Part shown: positions 48,339 to 57,045 of the stretch, piece by piece | Position numbering within the stretch: position 1 is the stretch's first letter | Layout of the letters: the number at the start of each line of letters is the position of its first letter | Assembly (NCBI GenBank): GCA_036785375.1 | Contig: JAWMAR010000541.1 | Location: 6,956 to 64,000, forward strand | Length of the DNA stretch: 57,045 nucleotides | Direction of reading: 5' to 3' | Origin: Leucoraja ocellata | Lineage: Eukaryota | Notes under the pieces: generated by a model | Databases searched by the model: none | What the model was told of the DNA's origin: nothing | Seen by the model: the letters and a program-made list of their open reading frames with translations, nothing else | Position numbers and translations under genes: made by a program

Positions 48339-51300
48339 TAACATAGAAACATAGAAACATAGAAATTAGGTGCAGGAGTAGGCCATTCGGCCCCTTTGAG
48401 CCTGCACCGCCATTCAATATGATCATGGCTGATCATCCAACTCAGTATCCCGTACCTGCCTTCTCTCCATACCCCCTGATCCCCTTAGCAACAAGGGCCA
48501 CATCTAACTCCCCTCTTAAATATAGCCAATGAACTGGCATCAACTACCCTCTGCGGCAGAGAGTTCCAGAGATTCACCACTCTCTGTGAAAAAAGTTCTT
48601 CTCATCTCAGTTTTAAAGGATTTCCCCCTTATCCTTAAGCTGTGACCCCTTGTCCTGGACTTCCCTAACATCGGGAACAATCTTCCTGCATCTAGCCTGT
48701 CCAACCCCTTAAGAATTTTGTAAGTTTCTATAAGATCCCCTCTCAATCTCCTAAATTCTAGAGAGTATAAACCAAGTCTATCCAGTCTTTCTTCATAAGA
48801 CAGTCCTGACATCCCAGGAATCAGTCTGGTGAACCTTCTCTGCACTCCCTCTATGGCAATAATGTCCTTCCTCAGATTTGGAGACCAAAACTGTACGCAA
48901 TACTCCAGGTGTGGTCTCACCAAGACCCTGTACAACTGCAGTAGAACCTCCCTGCTCCTATACTCAAATCCTTTTGCAATGAAAGCTAACATACCATTCG
49001 CTTTCTTTACTGCCTGCTGCACCCTGCATGCCTACCTTCAATGACCTGGTGTACCATGACACCCAGGTCTTGCTGCATCTCCCCCTTTCCCAATCGGCCA
49101 CCATTTAGATAATAGTCTGCTTTCCCGTTTTTTGCCACCAAAATGGATAACCTCACATTTATCCACATTATACTGCATCTGCCAAACATTTGCCCACTCA
49201 CCCCAGAGCCCAATGATGTGAAAAGTCCTTACCTTTCCCCGCAATGTTATATATTTCTATGTGTATAGGTATGAGTGGGGGACTGCGGGAATGATTTTCT
49301 GTGTGTGGCTGTTCTCAGCAGAGCAGGTCTCTCACTCTATGGGTCTGCGTGTTTTACAGGGCGATTAGTACCCACAGGTATCTCAAACTGGTCAGCGCAG
49401 ACTTGGGGATGTCCTGACAGTAGCTGTGATCATGGTCAGCGTGACGACCTGGGTTATAGCTCGCAAACGTAAGTACGGAAGGAATGACAGAGCATGTTTT
49501 TTGAATGAATGAATGAATGAAATGGAGTAGTAAATGGTAGCCTGTGGGCAGTGTTGTAGAGCAGAGGGATCAGGTGCATGTGTATAGTTCCTTAAAAGTC
49601 GAGTCGTAGGTAGATAAGGTGGTCAAAAAAGCTTTTGGCACTTTGGCCTTCATCAATCAGAGTATTGAGTATAGAAGTTGGGAGGTCATGTTGCAGTTGT
49701 ATAAGACGTTGATGAGACCGCATTTAGAATATTGTGTTCAGTTCTGGGCACCACGTTATAGGAAAGATATTGTCAAGCTTGAAAGTGTTGAGACAATATT
49801 TACAAGGATGTTGCCAGGACTATAGGGTGTGAGGCTATAGGTTGAGTAGGCTGGGTCTCTATTCCATGGAGCGCAGGAGGATGAGGGGGAATCTTATAGA
49901 GTGTATAAAATCATGAGAGGAATAGATCTGGTGGATGCCACAGTCTTTTACCCAGAGTATGGGGAATCAAGGACCAGAGGAAAAATCAAAATAGGACGTA
50001 CATGGTAAATGGTAGGGAATTGAAGAATACAGTTGAACAGAGGGATCTGGGTATAACCGTGCATAGTTCCTTGAAGGTGGAATCTCATATAGATAGGGTG
50101 GTAAAGAAAGCTTTTGGTATGCTAGCCTTTATAAATCAGAGCATTGAGTATAGAAGCTGGGATGTAATGTTAAAATTGTACAAGGCATTGGTGAGACCAA
50201 ATCTGGAGTATGGTGTACAATTTTGGTCGCCTAATTATAGGAAGGATGTCAACAAAATAGAGAGAGTACAGAGGAGATTTACTAGAATGTTGCCTGGGTT
50301 TCAACAACTAAGTTACAGAGATAGGTTGAACAAGTTAGGTCTTTATTCTCTGGAGCGCAGAAGGTTAAGGGGGGGACTTGATAGAGGTCTTTAAATGATG
50401 AGAGGGATAGACAGAGTTGACGTGGAAAAGCTTTTCCCACTGAGAGTAGGGAAGATTTCAAACAAGGGGACATGACTTCAGAATTAAGGGACTGAAGTTT
50501 AGGGGGTAACATGAGGGGGAACTTCTTTACTCAGAGAGTGGTGGCGGTGTGGAATGAGCTTCCAGTGGAAGTGGTGGAGGCAGGTTCATTGGTGTCATTT
50601 AAAAATAAATTGGATAGGCATATGGATGAGAAGGGAATGGAGGGTTATATAGGACTAGGGGAGATTATGTGTTCGGCACGCACTAGAAGGGTTGAGATGG
50701 CCTGTTTCCGTGCTGTAATTGTTATATGGTTATATGATGAGGGGGGATCTTATAGAGTGTATAGAATCAGGAGAGGAATAGATCGGGTAGACGCACACAG
50801 TCTCTTGCCCAGCGTGGGGGAATCGAGGACCAGAGGGCATAGGTTTAAGGTGAAGGGGGGGAGCAGATTTAATAGGAATCGGAGGGGTAACTTTTTCACA
50901 CAAAGGGTGGTGAGTGTATGGAACAAGCTGCCAGAGGAGGTGGTTGAGGCTGGGACTATCCCATCATTTAAGAAACAGTTAGATAGGTACATGGATAGGA
51001 CAGACGCAGGGAAGTGGGACTAGTGTAGCTGGGACATGTTGGCCGGTGTGGGCACTTTGGGCTGAAGGGCCTGTTTCCACACTGTATCGCTCTATGACTA
51101 GGAGACATCACATGAAATGGAGATCAAGGATAATGTAGAATAGATCGTTGTTATCTGGGAGAAGGTAACAACGAGGCAAACAGAGATAACATGTAATCGA
51201 TGGTCGGAGAACTGGGAAGGGGGAGGGATGGAGAGAGAGGGAACGCTGGGGTTACTTGGAGTTAGAGAAGTCAATATTCATACCACTGGGGTGTAAGTAT

Positions 51301-52842
51301 AGGAGCAGGGAGGTTCTACTGCGGTTGTACAGGGTCTTGGTGAGACCACACCTGGAGTATTGCGTACAGTTTTGGTCTCCAAATCTGAGGGAAGGACATT
51401 ATTGCCATAGAGGGAGTGCAGAGAAGGTTCACCAGACTGATTCCTGGGATGTCAGGACTGTCTTATGAAGAAAGACTGGATAGACTTGGTTTATACTCTC
51501 TAGAATTTAGGTGATTGAGAGGGGATCTTATAGAAACTTACAAAATTCTTAAGGGGTTGGACAGGCTAGATGCAGGAAGATTGTTCCCGATGTTGGGGAA
51601 GTCCAGGACAAGGGGTCACAGCTTAAGGATAAGGGGGAAATCCTTTAAAAACCGAGATGAGAAGAACTTTTTTCACACAGAGAGTGGTGAATCTCTGGAA
51701 CTCTCTGCCACAGAGGGTAGTTGAGGCCAGTTCATTGGAGGGATATTTAAGAGGGAGTTAGATGTGGCCCCTTGTGGCTAAGGGGATCAGAGGGTATGGA
51801 GAGAAGGCAGGTACGGGATACTGAGTTGGATGATCAGCCATGATCATATTGAATGGGCGAATGGTGCAGGCTCGAAGGGCCGAATGGCCTACACCTGCAC
51901 CTAATTTTCTATGTTTCTATGTTTCTATGTAAGCTGTCCAAGTGAAATATGAGATGCTGTTCCTCCAATTGAGGCCCTCATTCTGACAATGGAGGAGGCC
52001 CAGGACAGAAAGGTCAGTGTGGGAATGGGAGGAGGGCGTTTAAAGTGTTGAGCGATCCTACTGATGGGCTGCTTGTTTCTTGTTTCTCACGGAGTCACAG
52101 AGTGATCCAGGCCAGAAACAGGCCCTTCGGCTCATCATGTCCGTGCAAGCTCTGTGGGCCACCTGTACAGACGGGAGCGGGGGAGAAGAAGGAAATGACC
52201 GGGGTGGGACAGGGACAAGTCTTTGATGATGCCGGCTGGTTTCCCGAGGCAGCGTGAAGTGTAGATGGAGACGACGGTGGGGGAGTGTGGTCTGTGTGAC
52301 GGACTGGGCTGCGTCTCCACATAGAAACATAGAAATTAGGTGCAGGAGTAGGCCATTCGGCCCTTCGAGCCTGCACCACCATTCAATATGATCATGGCTG
52401 ATCATCCAACTCAGTATCCCGTACCTGCCTTCTCTCCATACCCCCTGATCCCCTTAGCCACAAGGGCCACATCTAACTCCCTCTTAAATATAGCCAATGA
52501 ACTGTGGCCTCAACTACCCTCTGCGGCAGAGAGTTCCAGAGATTCACCACTCTCTGTGTGAAAAAAGTTCTCCTCATCTCGGTTTTAAAGGATTTCCCCC
52601 TTATCCTTAAGCTGTGACCCCTTGTCCTGGACTTCCCCAACATCGGGAGCAATCTTCCTGCATCTAGCCTGTCCAACCCCTTAAGAATTTTGTAAGTTTC
52701 TATAAGATCCCCTCTCAATCTCCTAAATTCTAGAGAGTATAAACCAAGTCTATCCAGTCTTTCTTCATAAGACAGTCCTGACATCCCAGGAATCAGTCTG
52801 GTGAACCTTCTCTGCACTCCTTCTATGGCAGTAATGTCCTTC
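48339..52842. mobile_element. run of CR1 copies (- 48339-49203; + 49520-51100; + 51296-51929; - 52320-52842)
   Basis: ORF2 C-termini with many 1-nt homopolymer indels. Confidence 0.88.
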
Positions 52843-53126
52843 CACACCTCTGCAATTTCTTGCGGGTCTTGGGCAGAGCTGTTCCCAAACCCAGCTGTGC
52901 TGCACAATGTGCATATGTGGTGCATGTGGCACCTCTGTGTGTTTTCTGTGATGCATCTGTACAAATCAGTTAGAGTCACTGAAGAGAATTTCCTTCGTCT
53001 TAGTCTAGTTTAGTTTAGTTTAGAGATACAGGACTGGAGTCACTAACACTCGGTGTCATTCTGCATGTTCTGCAGGGAGGGTGTGAGGGGAGGGGCAGCC
53101 TGGCACTGGAGCTTCTGCTACAGGTG

Positions 53127-53178
53127 ATGATACTGGCACCAACAATGCTGTTCTGCTACTGGGGATCCTCCTGCCCAG
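53127..53178 (+). CDS. leader exon of butyrophilin/B7-like Ig gene (MILAPTMLFCYWGSSCP)
   Basis: ATG at 53127; phase-1 donor CCAG|GTGAGT matches the phase-1 IgV exon. Possible acceptors at 53075 and 53123, so the true start could be upstream. Confidence 0.65.
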
Positions 53179-53194
53179 GTGAGTTTGCAGAGGG

Positions 53195-54436
53195 TGGATG
53201 GGATGGGGGTTCAGTGGGGGGTGGGGGTTCAGTGGGGGTTCAGTGGGGGTTCAGTGGGGGTTCAGTGGGGGTTCGGGTGGGGGATGGGGGTTCAGTGGGG
53301 GTTCAGTGGGGGTTCGGTGGGGGGTGGGGGTTCAGTGGGGGTTCAGTGGGGGTTCGGTGGGGGGTGGGGGTTCAGTGGGGGGTTCAGTGGGGGTTCAGTG
53401 GGGGGATCGGTGGGGGGATGGGGGTTCAGTGGGGGTTCAGTGGGGGTTCGGTGGGGGGGTGGGGGGTTCAGTGGGGGTTCAGTGGGGGTTCAGTGGGGGT
53501 TCAGTGGGGGTTCAGTGGGGGTTCAGTGGGGGATCGGTGGGGGATGGGGGTTCAGTGGGGGGGTTCAGTGGGGGTTCAGTGGGGGTTCAGTGGGGGTTCA
53601 GTGGGGGATGGGGGTTTGAGTGGGGGATGGGGGTTCAGTGGGGGTTCAGTGGGGGATGGGGGTTCAGTGGGGGATGGGGGTTCAGTGGGGGTGGGGGTTC
53701 AGTGGGGGATGGGGGTTCAGTGGGGGTTCAGTGGGGGTGGGGGTTCAGTGGGGGAATGGGGGTTTCAGTGGGGGTTCAGTGGGGGTTCAGTGGGGGATGG
53801 GGGTTCAGTGGGGGATGGGGGGTTCAGTGGGGGATGGGGGTTCAGTGGGGGTGGGGGTTCAGTGGGGGATGGGGGTTCAGTGGGGGATGGGGGTTCAGTG
53901 GGGGATGGGGGTTCAGTGGGGGATGGGGGTTCAGTGGGGGGATGGGGGGTTCAGTGGGGGATGGGGGGTTCAGTGGGGGATGGGGGTTCAGTGGGGGTTC
54001 AGTGGGGGTTCAGTGGGGGATGGTGTTTGAGTGGGGGGTGGGGTTTGAAGTGGGGGTGGGGTTTGAGTGGGGGGGGGGGTTAGTACGGATGGGGTTTGAG
54101 TGGGGGTGGGGGTTTGAGTGGGGGTGGGGGTTTGAGTGGGGGTGGGGGTTTGAGTGGGGGTGGGGGTTTGAGTGTGGGTGAGTGGGGGTGGGGGTTTGAG
54201 TGGGGGTGGGGGTTTGAGTGGGGGGGGTGGGGGGGGTTTGAGTGGGGGTGGGGTTGGAGTGGGGGATGGGGGTTTGAGTGGGGGTTTGAGTGGGGGTTTG
54301 AGTGGGGGGATGGGGGTTTGAGTGGGGGATGGGGGGTTTGAGTGGGGGTTTTGAGTGGGGTGGGGTTTGAGTGGGGGATGGGGTTTGAGTGGGGGGTTTG
54401 AGTGGGGTTGGTGTTTTGGGTGGGGGATGGGTGGGG
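53195..54436 (+). repeat. G-rich minisatellite (GGGGGTTCAGT grading into GGGGTTTGAGT) filling the leader-IgV intron
   Basis: About 1.2 kb of ~11-bp units with G4-G6 runs. Confidence 0.95.
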
Positions 54437-54481
54437 TACACAGTGTGCATGTTGACCTGTATACCTGTCCCTCTGGTCTAG

Positions 54482-54819
54482 AGCCGCTGCGGGCAGTGGG
54501 TACAGACAGACCCACCGTGTCCGTTGCCGGGAGACAGCGTGGTGCTGCCGTGCCGGGGCGGTGACCTACACACAGGCCGTGAGCCTGGGGCTGGAGTGGA
54601 GGAACCTGCGGACAGGAGAGGTGATCCTGGCGTGTGGAGAGGACGGGGGACAGTGCCGGGGCTACAGGGAGGGGGCCTGGCTGCTGGACAGTGGGCGAGA
54701 GGCCAGAGACCTGTCCCTGCACCTGGACACAGTCAGAGTGACCGATGCGGGCAGGTACCAGTGCACCATCTTCACCGGCAAGCACTCCAGCACCGCACTG
54801 ATGGAGCTCAGCGTGGCCG
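54482..54819 (+). CDS. IgV exon of a butyrophilin/MOG/B7-family-like gene; two +1 frameshifts in G runs (about 54528-54530 and 54554-54557)
   Basis: tctag| acceptor and G|GTAAGG donor, phase 1-1. Removing two G's gives 336 nt: EPLRAVGTDRPTVSVAGDSVVLPCRAVTYTQAVSLGLEWRNLRTGEVILACGEDGGQCRGYREGAWLLDSGREARDLSLHLDTVRVTDAGRYQCTIFTGKHSSTALMELSVA. This has LPC, W, DxGxYxC, and BTN-like VG..P.V...G and ELxVA ends. Confidence 0.85.
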
Positions 54820-55049
54820 GTAAGGCAATCGGCACCAATCCCCAGTTTAACCAGCTCCCACCGTGGCACAGAAGGCAGAGGAGGGCAGGGCAATGGATAT
54901 ATGCAAAGGCAGAGATAGATAGATACTTCATTAGTACGGGTGGTCAGCTGTTCCCAGCTGTTCCCAGATGTTCCCAGCTGTTATCACCACCCCCCTGGTC
55001 TCCCCCTCACACACTCCTGTCAGCGTGCAGAATGACACCGACTGTTCCC

Positions 55050-56832
55050 AGCTGGGATGTAATGTTAAAATTGGGATGTAATGTTAAAATTGGGATGTAA
55101 TGTTAAAATTGGGAGGTGATGTTAAAATTGGGATGTGATGTTAAAATTGTACAAGGCATTGGTGAGACCAAATCTGGAGTATGGGGTACAATTTTGGTCG
55201 CCCAATTATAGGAAGGATGTCAACAAAATAGAGAGAGTACAGAGGAGATTTACTAGAATGTTGCCTGGGTTTCAGCAACTAAGTTACAGAGATAGGTTGA
55301 ACAAGTTAGGTCTTTATTCTCTGGAGCGCAGAAGGTTAAGGGGGGGACTTGATAGAGGTCTTTAAAATGATGAGAGGGATAGACAGAGTTGACGTGGACA
55401 AGCTTTTCCACTGAGAGTAGGGAAGATTCAAACAAGGGGGCATGACTTGAGAATTAAGGGACTGAAGTTTAGGGGGTAACATGAGGGGGAACTTCTTTAC
55501 TCAGAGAGTGGTAGCTGTGTGGAATGAGCTTCCAGTGAAGGTGGTGGAGGCAGGTTCGTTTTTATCATTTAAAAATAAATTGGATAGTTATATGGACGGA
55601 AAGGGAATGGAGGGGTTATGGTCCTGAGCGCAGGTATATGGGACTAGGGGAGAATATGTGTTCGGCACGGACTAGAAGGGTCGAGATGGCCTGTTTACGT
55701 GCTGTAATTGTTATATGATCATATGGTTATCAGACAAATGAACCATCCTATCACCTACTCGGTGGGCTGAAGGGCCTGTTACTCTGCTGTATCTCTAAAC
55801 TAAACTAAACTCAGGAAAACCATGAGAGCAGGGTCCTGGGCAGGGCGAGGAGGGGGGAAGGAAGGGGCGAGGGGGAGAATTTTAGCTTACTTTATTGTCA
55901 CGTGTCCCAATGTACAATGAAAAACTTTTGTTGCTCCAGTCAGCTGAAAGACAATACATGATTACATCAAACCATCTACAGTGTATAGGTGCAGGGTAAA
56001 GGGAATATTGTTTAGTTTAGCATGTTTTGCATGCAATCCATGCAGATCAGATAATACTGCACATATTATCTCAATGGGGTTAGGTTAGGTAAGGGGGAGG
56101 TGCAGCGAGACCTGGGTGTCCTTGTACACCAGTCACTGAAAGTTAGCGTGCAGGTACAGCAGGCAGTGAAGAAAGCTAATGGAATGTTGGCCTTCATAAC
56201 AAGAGGATTTCAGAATAGGAGTAAAGAGGTGTTTCTGCAGTTGTATAGGGCTCTGGTGAGACCACATCTGGAGTATTGTGTACAGTTTTGGTCCCCTAAT
56301 TTGAGGAAGGACATCCTTGTAATTGAGGCAGTGCAGCGTAGATTCACGAGATTGATCCCAGGGATGGCAGGATGGTCATATGAGGAAAGGTTGAAAAGGC
56401 TAGCCTTGTATTCACTGGAGTTTAGAAGGATGAGGGGATATCTTATAGAAACCTATACAATTATAAAAGGACTGGACAAGCTAGATGCAGGAAAAATGTT
56501 CCCAATGTCGGGCGAGTCCAGAACCAGGGGCCACAGTCTTAGAATAAAGGGGAGGCCATTTAAGACTGAGGTGAGAAAAAACTTTTTCACCCAGAGAGTT
56601 GTGAATTTGTGGAATTCCCTGCCACAGAGGGCAATGGTGGCCAAATCACTGGATGGATTTAAGAGAGAGTTAGATGTAGCTCTAGGGGCTAGTGGAGTCA
56701 AGGGATATGGGGAGAAGGCAGGCACGGGTTCTTGATAGGGGACGATCAGCCATGATCACAATGAATGGCGGTGCTGCATCAAAGGGCCGAATGGCCTCCT
56801 CCTGCACCTATTTTCTATGTTTCTATGTTTCT
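55050..56832 (+). mobile_element. CR1-A (55050-55730, with a 20-bp tandem repeat at its 5' end) and CR1-B (56066-56832)
   Basis: ORFs 55135-55365 and 56100-56735; TGGGATGTAATGTTAAAAT repeated about 5 times. Confidence 0.9.
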
Positions 56833-57045
56833 AACACCAATCGTCAAACTCATGTATGACAGATAGATCAAAGGGGAAGATACAGAGTGCAGAATATAGT
56901 TTTCAGCATTGTAGCACGTTTAGCTTGAATATGTTAAGCTTAGTTTAGTTTATTGTCAGGTGTACCGAGGTACAGTGAAAAGCTTTTGTTGCGTGCAAAG
57001 CAGTCAGCAGAAAGATTATACATGATTACCGTCGAGCTATTCACA

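Noticed and set aside
53124-54893. Gly-rich or Pro-rich ORFs of 300+ aa
   Set aside because: They read through an intronic G-rich repeat past a canonical donor at 53179.

Overview
This is vertebrate genomic DNA, most likely from a cartilaginous fish (skate/ray-like). That is an inference from dense CR1 LINEs, V-domain SINEs, Rex1/Babar LINEs and Penelope fragments. The window lies in an MHC-type region and has two assembly gaps (38528-38708, 47652-47863). From left to right the genes are: (1) the 5' end of an MHC class I heavy chain gene on the minus strand, with leader exon 3865-3922 and alpha-1 exon 102-361 (one 1-nt frameshift), preceded by two tandem X1-X2-Y promoter modules; (2) a complete 9-exon HSD17B8 (KE6) gene on the minus strand (37646->11151, 792 nt CDS, 263 aa, all introns GT-AG with compatible phases), with minisatellites that copy one splice donor and one splice acceptor and a GC-box VNTR upstream; (3) an unrecognised multi-pass membrane ORF (minus, 41736-42653) with a 92-aa internal repeat; (4) the leader and IgV exons of a butyrophilin/B7-like gene (plus, 53127-54819, two 1-nt G-run frameshifts that are probably assembly errors). 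Most of the rest is retroelement sequence. The main non-genic signal is a family of short Penelope-derived inserts with a minimal hammerhead-ribozyme core, several with 14-18-bp target-site duplications. Most long ORFs in the supplied track are LINE fragments or minisatellite artefacts.
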